NCBI RefSeq assembly: GCF_006345805.1
Contig: NC_043015.1
Span: 40,114,001 to 40,178,000 of the forward strand
Reading direction: 5' to 3'
Source: Octopus sinensis
Taxonomy: Eukaryota
DNA: 64,000 bases
Position numbers and translations under genes: made by a program. How positions within the stretch are numbered: the stretch's first letter is position 1; each line of letters begins with the position of its first letter. The notes below the pieces were generated by a model. That model did no database searches. It was not told the DNA's origin and worked only from the letters and a program-made list of their open reading frames with translations. This document shows, piece after piece, positions 23,731-36,030 of this stretch.

Positions 23731-24364
23731 TTATGCATGTATGTTTGTATGCATATATACGTGTGCGCGCATTCGTGATGAGTTTGTGTGTGTATACACA
23801 TTCACACACGCACTCTCTCTCTCCCTCCCTCTCTCTCTCCTGCTCTCTCACACACACACACATCCTGCCAAAATCACTAAGACTGCAAAAAGACGAGATC
23901 CTACACATAAACACCAGAGGCATGCTTGCAGCATGAATTCTGCATTTCAAAAGCCTTCCACACGCTTCAATGCTCCTCGTTTTCACTTCTCAGTCTTTCT
24001 GGTCACGACATTACCCCACCCCAACACCACAATCACCTCCATCACTCCATCACCATCGACACCACCATTTAACAAACTCCTCCAACATTCGTTTTGCAGC
24101 CCAACGACGGGATTTCTTCGCTCGATCTTTCTATAAAATAGTAGCAGTGTTTTCTCAAATTACTCTCAAGTAAAGGGGATCTCAACCATTTTTTAAAAAT
24201 TTATGCACCCCTTCGATTACTATTTTATTCTGGTGCCCCGCCCCCCCCACCCCGCCATAGCCATTCGATGTTTAAAACTAGTCTTATAGAAACTTCGGTC
24301 AAACTTCCTTGTTTGTTTTTTCTCGCCTTAACATGTGTAGGTTGAACTGTGCAAAAGAAATCTA

Positions 24365-24865
24365 GCTAGCTTGTTTACCAACCATATGGTTCCGGGTTCA
24401 TTTCCACTGCGTGGCACCTTGGGCAAGTGTCTTCTACTATGGCCTCGGGCCGACCAATGCCTTGTGAGTGGATTTGGTAGACGGAAACTGAAAGAAGCCC
24501 GTCGTATATATATGTGTGTGTGTTTGTGTGTGTGTGTGTGTATATGTGTGTATGTATATATGTGTATGTATGTGTGTATGTATGTATATACGTGTCTGTG
24601 TATGCATATATATATATGTGTGTGTGTTTGTGTTTGTCCCCACAACATCGCTTGACAACCGATGCTGGTGTGTTTACGTCCCCGTAACTTAGCGGTTCGG
24701 TGAAAGAGACCAATAGAATAAGTACTAGACTTACAAAGAATAAGTCCTAGACTTACAAAGAATAAGTCCTAGACTTACAAAGAATAAGTCCTGGGGTCGA
24801 TTTGCTCGACTAAAGGCGGTGCTCCAGCATGGCCACAGTCAAATGACTGAAATAAGTAAAAGAGT
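24365..24865 (+). mobile_element. SINE family B with internal microsatellite and a triplicated 22-bp segment
   Basis: AGAATAAGT(A/C)CTAGACTTACAA x3 at 24715, 24737 and 24759. Confidence 0.9.
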
Positions 24866-24880
24866 AAACACATACCAATA

Positions 24881-25100
24881 CAGTAATCCCTCGGCTATCG
24901 CGGACGTTACATTCCAAAACCCTCCGCAATAAGTGAAAATCCACGAAGTAGAAACAGTACTGAATTTTTTTTTTTAGCATTTTTATAATTTGTATATATT
25001 CGTTTTGTTATATAAAAGCAAAACAACAACACGGGGGAATCGACATAAGCTTAAATAATAAACCGCGATAAGTGAACAGTGATATGGCGATGGGTTACTG
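24881..25100. mobile_element. pogo/Tigger-like MITE, TA TSD
   Basis: TA|CAGTAATCCCTCG ... CGATGGGTTACTG|TA. Confidence 0.8.
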
Positions 25101-25115
25101 TACTTACATCTAAAG

Positions 25116-25241
25116 CAGATTTTTTTTCAGGGACCTTTAAAATAGTATTGTGGGTCCTCTATTAATTACTTTGTGGCGTGGAACCCCCAAAACCTTATAG
25201 GGACCTTCAGGGGCTGTATGGACCCCCGTTGAGAACAACTG
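25116..25241. mobile_element. degenerate hAT (Charlie-like) MITE
   Basis: Right end is the reverse complement of CAGTTGTTCTCAACGGGGGTCCAT; flanks ATCTAAAG / CTCTGGAG resemble an NTCTAGAN 8-bp TSD; left TIR poor. Confidence 0.45.
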
Positions 25242-25399
25242 CTCTGGAGTCTTGAATAAAAGAAAGTAGGAGAGGGGGAGTTATCTGAAAGTCGACTCCC
25301 TGCACACAAGGAAAAGATGGGGTGGTGGTCACGTATGGAACATCGCTGACCTCGATCGGGACTGACTTGGAGCTAAACATCAACAAATCCACGATTATA

Positions 25400-25812
25400 T
25401 TTTTTTTTCTACTACTACCACCACCGCCACCATTGCTTGCAACACACCACCACCACCACCACCATCACTATCACAATTTCAAGTGCCACACGGGTTCACC
25501 ACCGCCATCGCCACGATTACACTACACCGCCACTGCAACACGCCCACACCACCAGCACCACCAGCACCACCACCTCTTACTAAACTCCTCCACTACCAGC
25601 ACCAACACCACCTCAGCAATTACGTTATCGACTACCACCACCACCACCATCATCGCCGCCACCACCACTACCACCACCATCATCGCCACCACCACCATCA
25701 TCGCCGCCACCACCACTACCACCACCATCATCGCCACCACCACCACCACCATCGCCACCACCACCACCATCGCCACCACCACCACCACCACCAGCGGCAG
25801 CAGCAGCAGCAG
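25400..25812. repeat. (CAC/CAT/CGC/CAG)n tract
   Basis: Directly visible. Confidence 0.95.
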
Positions 25813-26714
25813 TCAATAGCTATGTCATTCAGAGCCCCACCTACTGTCAGTTTACATGTGAAAGCTACTACAACACAAATGCGCGGAGGATTCTGTGTAA
25901 TGTTGGAAACTTAAAAAAAACTTTACTTCCAGCACCACTGGTCCCATCCATTATCCCTGGATATTTTCCCTGTATCCGTATCTGTCGATTATCTCTGGAC
26001 ACCCGGCTATGAACAAAAAACCGAACTTTTTCAAAAACGGTATGTTTACTTTCTACTGTTACGACAGCGACCGACAGACAGTCCTGGCTGTTTTTTTGGA
26101 GGGCGCCCTCACCCTGGTAGTAGTCGATTAAGGGTGACCTTTGACTTGTAGGGAGAGAGGTACTAGTTGGGAGTCCTCTCAAACTTGTAGCTGGGTTCTT
26201 AAGAGCGACTTTTGACTGGTAGGGAAAACTGTTTCTATTTAGCGGAGGATACCCTCAAACGGATTTGGGGTGGGTACTGGTTGATGGGTGGTGACTTTAC
26301 ACAAGTATGGAAGAGGTATTAAACAAGGGTGCCCACAAGCCGGTAGGAAATGGGTACTAATTGAGGGCTGACCACATAGAGGAAGAGGTAATGGTCCACT
26401 GATGCCTTAAACTGGTTGGGTTGTACAAGTTAAGCGAGCTTTCTAACAGGGTTGTACTTGTTGAGGGCGGTCCTTAACAGGACTGTACTGAATGCTTGAT
26501 GGGGTTTCTTTATGTTGTGTTATTGCTGTTGTTTAACGCCCAGTGAGTTTTGAATAAACAGATCTAAGCTAAAAGGCATTCCAGCCACGACCATTCCGTC
26601 TATAATTTATTCAGACATAGAATCAACAACTACTTCTCGTGTCCTTCTTTTACAGTGTGATTTGTTGTCGTTGTTGTTGTTGTAGTCTGGTATCCCTTGA
26701 TACATTCCCCGGTA

Positions 26715-26900
26715 TTGTTTTTGTTTAGCCCTTGGTCAGCCCCTAACCGCGCAAACCTATGAAAATCAGGCGTTCTAACAGTGACCATCCTGTCTTTTTC
26801 CCAGGCAAAGTAAAACCAGGATCATATTATTTATTGTTTTTTCTTTTAAGATGATTGGGTGTGCTTTGAGGGAGATTTGGCTGTTATTTCAAGAGAGAAA
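26715..26900 (+). mobile_element. best-preserved copy of an ancient dispersed repeat (family F)
   Basis: Motifs TTTAGCCC(C/T)(A/T)GGTCAG..GTGACCATCC and GATTTGGCTGTTATTTC(T/A)AG recur in decayed form near 14350, 22945, 26525, 27312, 31270, 37165, 38320, 38530, 40930, 42200, 42340, 44955, 52105, 52550 and 60060. Confidence 0.55.
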
Positions 26901-27467
26901 ATTCTTCGTTAGTTTCTATCGACGATGTTGATATCAGAAAGTACTTGAGTTGCTGGAGTGTTGTTGACCATGTTGTTGTTGTTGTTGTTGTTACTATTGT
27001 TTGTGTTTCACTCATTTTGCGCTTTTACTCGGAGAAAACTCGAAAACTCTACTCACACACTTACGTCCCCACGCCCCACATCCCTTCTTCCCTATCTTTC
27101 CCTTTTATCTTTTAATCCTCTGCCTCCCCTCTCTCTGCTTCCCCTCTATCCGCTTCCCCTCCTCTCCTACTTCTCTTACTCCCCTTTCCCCTCTCTGTCT
27201 CTTCTTCACCTCTCTCATCTCCCCTCCTCATTATCTCTCAACCCTCAATATTTCTTAAAACAACAATTATCTAAACTCCATTTCCTTTACCAAATCACTA
27301 CGTGATTTTAAGGAGATTTGGCTGTTATTTCTTGCAGATTTGTTGACGATATTAATACTCCTTCGTCACCTAATTGAGTACCAGTAATATACGGGATTAG
27401 CATTTAATCGATTTTGCTCCTTCCACAATAAAGTGTGGTTTGTGTTTGAAATTAGAGAAATTATTAT

Positions 27468-27935
27468 TATTGAGTTAGAGAGCAGTACACGCTATCAAAG
27501 TGACACTGGGGTACAAATAATTGAAGCCCAATATACCCATCATGACTACCCGTCTGATAAGGGTACACCAGGCACATGCATTACAACATACGTGTGTAAC
27601 ATGGTGATCTCATATCAAGATGAACAGCATATGACCTTGAAGGTGGGGCCCAGTTAGAATTTTCTTCGGGTAGGGTATTCCATCCTACTCAAAAGGTCCC
27701 TGAATAAGGGTTGTTTAAGGATATTGAACAAAACACCCATGTCTCCACAAATGATCCAAACCCCAGAGAATTCCTCTCAGCACATGGCTATGATGTTCCC
27801 CCACTACTTCTGCTCATGATCAGAGATGCACATATCGTGAGCCACCAAGGGACATGCTCAACTGGTTATGGTCAAACACTGGTTAAGGACAAGCAACTCT
27901 GTGCCATTACGCAGAGAGTATTTGCTGTAGCCCGT
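27468..27935 (+). mobile_element. dispersed repeat family G, longer copy
   Basis: Shares about 180 bp with 15950-16132. Confidence 0.7.
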
Positions 27936-27973
27936 CTTTTACTCAAAAACAGAACATGCACTTAACACTTCTA

Positions 27974-28244
27974 TTGGGTTGGTACATAATTATTGCGTTT
28001 TTGTTTTTTGGGGGTTTTTTTCCCAATAAATTTTATTCAGCAAAAACAATAACACTATTTCACAAAAACATCTTTAAATGACGGTCTGACCGTCTGCCAA
28101 GCAAATGGGAAGCAGTAATTGAAGTAGATGGTGAATATGCTCCGGAATAATCATTTAAAGATGTTTTTGTTACATGTTGTTATTGTTTTTGTTGAATAAA
28201 AAATTTGTTGAAAAAAACTCCGCATTAATTATGCACCAACCCAA
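27974..28244. mobile_element. mariner-derived MITE, TA TSD, ~100-bp inverted arms around the transposase C-terminal codons
   Basis: TA|TTGGGTTGGTACATAATTATTGCG ... CGCATTAATTATGCACCAACCCAA|TA; the spacer 28088-28150 encodes DRLPSKWEAVIEVDGEYAPE*. Confidence 0.9.
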
Positions 28245-28370
28245 TAATTAGTTAGGATGAGAAGTCATGAGAGCCACTCCCTGATATTGCATCAAGGCAT
28301 TTATTATTACTGATATTATCATTACTATTGCTGCTGCTGCTGCTGCTACTACTACTACTACTACTACTAT

Positions 28371-28797
28371 GGTGAGATGTCAGAATCGTTAGAGCATTGG
28401 GAAACATTACCTTGTAGTATTCATTCTGAGTTCAAATATCGTCGAGGTCAGCTTCCCTGTCAACCTTTCGGGGTCGATAAAATGCTGCACCAGACAAGTT
28501 CTAAGACGAATAGATATCGACTAACCCACTCCTCTCAAAATTGCTGGCCTTGTGTCTAAATTAGAAACGATTATTCATTATAAAGACAGCGATCTGGCAG
28601 AATCGTTAGAACGCCGGACAAAACGCTTAGCGCCATTTCGTCCGTTTTTATGTTCTGAGTTTAAATTCCACCGAGGTCGACTTTGCCTTTCATCTTTCTG
28701 GGATCGATAAAATAAATACCAGTTGAACACTGGGTCGATGTAATCGACTTACCCCCCCCCCCGAATTGCTGGCCTCGTGCTAAAATTTGAAACTAGT
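28371..28797 (+). mobile_element. two head-to-tail SINE family A copies (about 28371-28580 and 28585-28797), tail B
   Basis: Two heads and two cores in the same orientation. Confidence 0.8.
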
Positions 28798-30019
28798 CTT
28801 TAAGTACTGTCCTTGATATTTTGTTGGGGTCGATTTCCTCTGTCATCATTTTCGAGGGTCGATAAGATAAGTATTAGGGGGTTCATCGGACCCAGTAACT
28901 TCTCGCCAGCAAAAATACCACAAGAAAGGAAATAATAGAAACTCACATCTTTTGTGTCGGTTTGTCCACTCGCCATTGCAATAGCAATGAGAGACACAAC
29001 CACGGGGCCTCCACATCTGCCCCTCTTCCACCTGACCCCTCAACATATAAACATGGGGTGGGGGCGTTGTATGGTCCCTTAACCTGACAAAATCTCCTTG
29101 TAATCTCAGCTGTCCTTTTATTACTTGTTTGGTTTGGTTGAAAAGGGCTGAACCCACAGGGGTCACACACACCAACCATTCTTCTGAAGTGTTGTTAGTC
29201 GACAGCTACATGGGAAAACTCGAAGGGAGAGAGATGCAGAGGGGCTGACTTCCTTGAACCGAATGAAATACGGAATGAGACCCAAATATCTGAACAGCCG
29301 TGGAACGAGACCAGCAAGTTCTAAAGAGCAGAGGCTGTTGTAGTAGTGGTAGAAAAAGGCAGAGAGAGGAGACATACACTTCTGGGCCTGAGGCCGGGGT
29401 ATTTTGGAGAAAATATCTTCATGTAAATGAACTACGTGGAACACGAGAGCTTGAAGCAAACTATTTGAGGTTCCTGCATGGAAGCCACATTCTTACAGTC
29501 ACGAAGGAGGCACTCTGGCACAGTCGTCATGGCGGCACAATACCATGTTATAGTATTTAGGTAGGAATGGTGGTGGTACTCGTTTTTGCTCACTCACGAT
29601 CGGTGTCAAACACGACAAAAGAAGTTTGTGGCGACGAACGAAGATATAAATATTTCTTTTGTTATTTCAACACCTAAAATAGTGTTTGTGTGAAGATCAT
29701 TCCTACAGTAAACCGGTTCAATCCAGTGTATGACACTGGAAAAGTTTACAAGTCATTGATATTTGTTTTTTCTCTTTCTTTCTTTGTCAATAACGCTCGA
29801 TGTCGAAACCTGTGAAGCGTCGAAGGTCTCAGGATTTTGTAAATAACTGACGATATATTTGGAAGATAGATTACAGTTTTTGTGTAACTGAGAACAGCTC
29901 CGAAGAAGTTAGGCACTAAAACTACCAAGGATAAACAACCGTCATCTCTATATAAACCCTAATGTCCAACTGTAGACAATTGCCGTGACTTCTAGACAAG
30001 GCCGCCTGTTTCTGGACAT

Positions 30020-30430
30020 CTCCCCCACTCTCTCTCTCTGCCACCTGCACCTTGGCGGCTCCCTTTCTGCTGCCTCCCCTTCGATGACTCCCTCTCTTCC
30101 ACTCGCCCCTCAACGGTTCCCTTTCTGTCTCTTCTCTCTCTCCCTCTTCCTCTCTTTTTGCTGCCTGGCCCTAGACGGATTCCTCCCTCCTTCCTTCTTC
30201 CTCCCTCTCTCTCTCTCCCTTTTTCACTGCCGCCTACCCTTCTCTTCTTCCCTTCACCTCTCTCTCTCTCTCCCTCTCTTTTTGCCGCTTGCCCCTCGAC
30301 GGATCCCTCCCTCCTTTCTTCTTCCTCCCTCTGTCTCCCTCTTTCACTGCCGCGTACCCCTCTCTTCTTTCCTCCACCTCTCTCTTTTCTCTCTCTCTCA
30401 ACGCAGTCCCTCTCTCCTCCTCCTACTCTC
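30020..30430. repeat. polypyrimidine tract containing a 124-bp direct duplication
   Basis: GACGGAT(T/C)CCTCCCTCC..TTCACTGCCGC anchors at 30174 and 30298. Confidence 0.8.
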
Positions 30431-31134
30431 AAAAGCCACCTCTATTTAGAAAGTGAATATATCTCACTGGAGTCTCTCCATTTAGAATCTCACAATGAAG
30501 ATTTGAATATTAAAACCATTTTCGACATCTTCCTTAATACCTCTCAGATATTAGTGCCAATGTCAGAAACATTTCGATTTATGCCACAACTCCATCTTGG
30601 TTCTTGAAAGAAAGAATTTCAAAACATCATGGGAGGAAATATTTAAAACCAGGCTCCGGTTTCTTGCAGAAATCTCCTTCTAGATATCCAAAACTGTAAT
30701 CTTGTAAATAGATTCCAAATTACCATTTATTGGCGTGCTTACAGAATCCTCAAAAGTGTTGCAACTTGCTAGAATAAACGTGGAATTAAGTGATCAAAGA
30801 TTTGTGAGATTTGCAAAATTTGGTATCAAATTCTTTTAATGTGGTTATCAAGATTCTTTTATACCGATGATGTTAGAATAATATTTGGCAGAAAACCGGT
30901 TTCCCTTATTCGTTTTAAAGATATTATCTTTGATGAGAGGAAATTCGGCAATTATATTGTGCAGCAGGTCACGTGTTCGAACGTACAACTGTGTTTGATT
31001 TGCTGGGGGTCATCTTTGGTCGTTCAGATCTACGATCAAAGACATTCTGTCTGCGACCTTCTGGGGTTTTTTCTTTTCTTTTTTTTTTTTTTTTTTCAGA
31101 CATTGTATTTCTAAGAGTTCAGTATTAAACGTGA

Positions 31135-31260
31135 TCTATAATAATAAAAGCGAAATTCTGTCCGTCTGGGACTCCTGTATCTCAGTTTACAGTTGCTCTG
31201 CATAGACATATTTATACCATTTTTAGAATCAGGATCATTTGGTTCTTGATCATTCAGCAT
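31135..31260 (+). mobile_element. possible Helitron 5' fragment
   Basis: A|TCTATAATAATAAAAGCG..TGTCCGTCTG resembles the Helitron 5' ends seen here; no 3' hairpin or CTAG found. Confidence 0.35.
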
Positions 31261-31329
31261 TGGGATCTCGTTTAAAGGAATCTGGGTTGCTATTTCTAGC
31301 AGTTAAAAGCTTGGCTGATTCGCACATAC

Positions 31330-31681
31330 ACACGCGCACGCACACACACACTCTCTCTCTCACCTCTCCTCCCTCTCACCTTTCTCCCTCTCTCTTTCTT
31401 TCTCACCTTTTTCCCTCTCTCTTTCTCTCTCTTCCACTCTCACCTCTCCTCCCTCTCACCTTTCTCCCTCTCACCTTTCTCCCTTCTCTTTCTCTCTCTT
31501 CCCCCTCTCTCTCTCTCATATACTCACGCTCACACACTCTCTTACACCTCTTTCTTACCTCTCTCTCACACTCCAATCTTTCTCTCTCGCGCTTTCTCTC
31601 CCTCTCCTCCCTCTCTTTCTCTCTCTCTCCCACATACACTCTCTTACACACACTCTCTCTCTCTTTCTCTCTCTCTCTCTT

Positions 31682-31739
<58 letters not shown>

Positions 31740-31818
31740 CTCTCTCTTTCTCTCTCTCTCCTCGCTCTCTTACTCTCTCTCTCTCTCTCTCTCTACTGTC
31801 TCTCTCTCGCTCTCTCCG

Positions 31819-31858
<40 letters not shown>

Positions 31859-31890
31859 CTCTCTCACTCACACACACACACACACACACA
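31330..31890. repeat. (CT)n-rich polypyrimidine tract
   Basis: Directly visible. Confidence 0.95.
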
Positions 31891-32369
31891 CGTTACTCTG
31901 GCAATTCTGGATCTTTTTTTCTTCCAGATGAAACCTTTGGCATATGTTTCTCTCGGAAACACGTGTGTGCGTATGTGCGTGTGTGCTCGCTCGCTACTCC
32001 CCGGTTACTCTAGTGATGACAATATGTCAGCTACTTAATCAATTTTTTTATCTCCAGCATTTTTAACTCATTTATTATAAAATTGTAAACAGTTTCTACA
32101 CTTAGACAAGTCCGTCCGTCCGTCAGTTCGACCGATCACCATTATGTTGATTCAGCTGATATGAATGTCTTATTATTCTATATTCTTAATACATTACTTT
32201 GTTTGCTGACCTAATTCGAACGGGTTCAGAGTGAGAGAGAGAGAGACAAGATTACAGCAGAGATCTAAGGGCGTTCCTGGTTTTTGCACTCGACGACCTC
32301 GTGTCGGAACAGCTTCACTCAAGACGAACTTGGAAACAGGGAAACAAAATAAATCCATATAAACATATA

Positions 32370-32551
32370 GGCGCAGGAGTGGTTGTGTGGTCAGTAGCTT
32401 GCTAACCAACCACATGGTTCCGGGTTCAGTCCCACCGCGTGGCATCTTCGGCAAGTGTCTTCTGCTATAGCCCCGGGCCGACCAATGCCTTGTGAGTGGA
32501 TTTGGTAGACGGAAACGAAAGAAGCCCGTCGTATATATGTATATATATATA
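32370..32551 (+). mobile_element. SINE family B, 5' half
   Basis: GGCGCAGGAGTGGTTGTGTGGTCAGTAGC head, ending in the (TA) microsatellite seed. Confidence 0.9.
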
Positions 32552-32555
32552 TAGG

Positions 32556-32718
32556 GGCGCAGGGTGGCTGTGTGGTCAGTAGCTTGCTAACCAACCACAT
32601 GGTTCGGGTTCAGTCCCACTGTGTGGCATCTTGGGCAAGTGTCTTCTGCTATAGCCTCGGGCCGACCAATGCCTTGTGAGTGGATTTGGTAGACGGAAAC
32701 TGAAAGAAGCCTGTCGTA

Positions 32719-32763
<45 letters not shown>

Positions 32764-34128
32764 ATATGTATATATATGTATATATGTGTATATATGTATA
32801 TATATGTATATATGTATATATGTATATATATGTATATATGTATATATATGTATATATGTATATATATATGTATATATGTATATATATGTATATATGTATT
32901 ATATATATATTATATGTATATATATATATTGTATGTATATATGTATGTATATATGTATATATATATGTATATATATATGTATATATATATGTATATATAT
33001 ATGTATATGTATATGTGTATATATATATGTATATGTATATGTATATATATATGTATATGTATATGTATATATGTATATATATGTATATATATATGTATAT
33101 GTATATGTATATGTATGTATATATATATGTTATGTATATATATGTATATATATATGTATATTATGTATATATATATGTATATATATGTATATATATATGT
33201 ATATATATATGTATATATATGTATAATATATATGTATAGATTATATGTATATATATTGTATATATATATATGTATATGTGTATAATATATATATGTATAT
33301 ATATGTATATATATATATGTATATATTATATGTATATATATGTATTATATGTATGTATATATATGTATATATATGTATTAATATATAATATGTATATATA
33401 TGTATCTATATAATATATATGTATATATCCTATATATATATATATATGTAATATATGTATCTATATATTATATGTATATATATGTATATATATATATAAT
33501 ATGATATATATATGTAGATATGTATATATATATATTAGTATATATATTATATATTATATATATGTATATATATATATATGTATATATATGTATATATATA
33601 TATATATGTATATATATGTTATATATATATATATGTTATAATATGTTATATATATATGTATGTATCTATATGTATTATATTATGTATGTATATATATGTA
33701 TGTATATTATGTATATATATATATGTATATATATATATGTATATATATAATGTATATATATATGTATATATATATATGTATATATATATGTATCTATATA
33801 TATGTATATATATATATGTATATATATATGTATATATATATATGTTATATATAAATATGTATATATATATATATATATATATGTATAATATATTATATAT
33901 ATATATATGTATGTGTGTGTTTGTGTGTCTGTGTTTGTCCCCCAGCATTGCTTGACAACCGATGCTGGTGTGTTTACGTCCCCGTCACCTAGCGGTTCGG
34001 CAAAAGAGACCGATCCTAATACTTACTGCTGGGCGCTTACAAAGAATAAGTCCCGGGGTCGATTTGCTCGACTAAAGGCGGTGCTCCAGCATGGCCGCAG
34101 TCAAATGACTGAAACGAGTAAAAGAGTA
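32556..34128 (+). mobile_element. SINE family B, full length, with its internal (TA/TATG)n expanded to about 1.2 kb
   Basis: Head 32556-32716, microsatellite about 32717-33915, tail 33916-34128. Confidence 0.9.
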
Positions 34129-34147
34129 AGAGTAAACTGGTCTGCCT

Positions 34148-34375
34148 GTGTTGATACAGATAAATGTCATCGTTTGAGGTCAGGCTTCCATGCTGGCATG
34201 GGTTGGACGGTTTGACAAGAGCTAGCGACCGAGAGGGCTGTTTCGAGGTCAGCTGCCTGCTTTGGGCGTGGTTTTCCATGGCTGGATGTCCGTCGTAATG
34301 CCAGCCAGAATACTGGGTGTACTGAGTGCTTTTTAAGTGGCACCAGCGTATGAGTCCAACGGTTTTCTTATAAGC
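34148..34375 (-). mobile_element. diverged copy of the V-domain-like SINE family
   Basis: CTTCCATGCTGGCATGGGTTGGACGG..GGCTGGATGTCC..AATGCCAGCC. Confidence 0.6.
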
Positions 34376-34469
34376 TGACAAGTTGTGTTGAGTTTAACCC
34401 TAGGCGTGGTAAGAGCCACCGATGAGAATTAAGATGCTCTGCATCAAAATTCAGAATCACCGGTGATCT

Positions 34470-35626
34470 GAACAAAGAATAAATTTATTCAATAAAATCG
34501 CCATTGGCTTCAACCACGACCTTCAGACAACTTCGGAATCTCCTGTAACTCTTCTGGATCGTCTCCTTGTTTAAGTTGGTGAATGCTGCCATAATCCTTG
34601 CCTTCAGTTCATCTTTGGTGTTACAAGGATTTTTGTTGGTCTCTTACTCAACTAGGCCCTACACATAATAATCAAAGGGATTGCAGTTTGGGGAGTTAGG
34701 TGACCAGAGGTTAGGGGATGTGGTCGCACGAATTATCTGACAGCCATGACTGGGTTCTCCTGCTTGTGTGGAATAGTGCAGAGTCCTGTTGCCAGACATA
34801 GGGTCTTCCAGCAGCCACCCTCTTGACCCAGGCACTTGATGTCTGTGTTGAGCCTGAGGCCACGTGGGAAGATGAATGGAGGCATAACGTCGCCATCACT
34901 AGTGATCACTCCAAACACCATGAAGTTGACTTGATGTTTGATTTTTATCCCTCTCGGTACATGTTTTGGGGACACGGTAAGCCAACGGTTGTTCTGTGTG
35001 ATACTGACAGAAGTTTTTCTCATCTGAGAAAAACCAAAGCATGTTTGGTTGGAGGAGATGCTTGAGTTTGTTCAAAAGCTTCGTAGCACGGTCTTTCCTC
35101 CTGTCCTTGATGGCTTGGGATAAAAATTGGTTCTTTCTTATCTTCTATGAGGAATACTGAATGTCTTCATGCAGTACTTGCCTGATAAGGAACTCAGGCA
35201 CTCCCATGTCCCTGGCAATGGACCTGATTGACTTGGAGGGGTCGTTGTCAGTCATGCCCTGCATCATACCAACAAATTCAGGAGTTCTTTTCTTATCAAA
35301 ACAATCAGTGAGTTTTCCAAACTGCCATACCTTCGTAATCACCATAAGAACTCATCCACCTCTTTCCGAATCCTCTGCACTGTCCTCAGATCGACACCCA
35401 AACACTCTGAAATGTTCGTTTGGAGCTTTTGGCATGAATGTCAAGGAGTACAGCATGTCGTTTCCAAATTTCTGGCAGAGTGAATTGTGTCATGGTGCTA
35501 TTTTTCTCACAGACGGTGCCCAACTGACCCTACTATACTGTGTAGTCGACAAAATCAAAAACAAACAATGTGCATGCACAAAATAAGAAATATAAAATGT
35601 CAACAATTTACCCGTCACACCCTGTA
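34470..35626 (-). mobile_element. maT-like element; 5' TIR intact, 3' TIR missing
   Basis: Minus strand begins TA|CAGGGTGTGACGGGTAAATTG (35624); no matching TIR near 34470. Confidence 0.8.
34485..35493 (-). pseudogene. Tc1/mariner transposase of the DD37D (maT-like) type, frameshifted with premature stops
   Basis: MTQFTLPEIWKRHAV..LGVDLRTVQRIRKE (HTH); NNRW..MVFGVITSDGDVMPPFIF; YVWQQDSA..; WSPNSPNCNPFDYYV*; ..VVEANGDFIE*. The spacing from QQD to NP(F/L)D is consistent with D37D once the frameshift is repaired. Confidence 0.9.
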
Positions 35627-35633
35627 TATATAA

Positions 35634-36003
35634 CTAGCAGTATCGCCCGCGTTGCTCAGGTTTGTAAGGGAAATACTATAAAGCATTTTTAGAGAGTTAT
35701 AGCAAAAAATAGCAAAAAAATGGGAAAAAAATGATGGTAAATTTTTTTGAGAGTTAAAAAGGTGGAGTTGCGTCCCCTAACGGTCTGTGGTGGGTTTCTG
35801 ATTCTCGATCCCAGTCGAATTTATCGATTTTTTTCAGAACTGGGGAAACTTTTCAAAATTTCCGCTGCGTTACTTTTGAATTATGACATTGGGCTATGTG
35901 TGTGTCAAGTTTCATCAGAATCGTTGAAAGCCGTGGTCAGAGTGAGGGTACGAGAAAACAGACACACAGAAAACGCACAGACAAACTGCCGTATATAGAG
36001 AGA
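35634..36003 (-). mobile_element. non-autonomous Helitron
   Basis: Minus strand A|TCTCTCTATATACGG ... CCTGAGCAACGCGGGCGATACTGCTAG|T; 3' region shared with the Helitron at 14986-15596. Confidence 0.85.
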
Positions 36004-36030
36004 TATATCTAATATATATATAGTTGCCTT

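Noticed and set aside
25345-25400. GTDLELNINKST resembling an RT 'GL.IN..KT' motif
   Set aside because: Too short, and no flanking RT motifs.
29200-29560. Possible additional LINE remnant (..VVMAAQYHVI.. resembling R4-type AAQDQ motif)
   Set aside because: Similarity is limited to a few residues and requires frameshifts; not supportable without tBLASTn.
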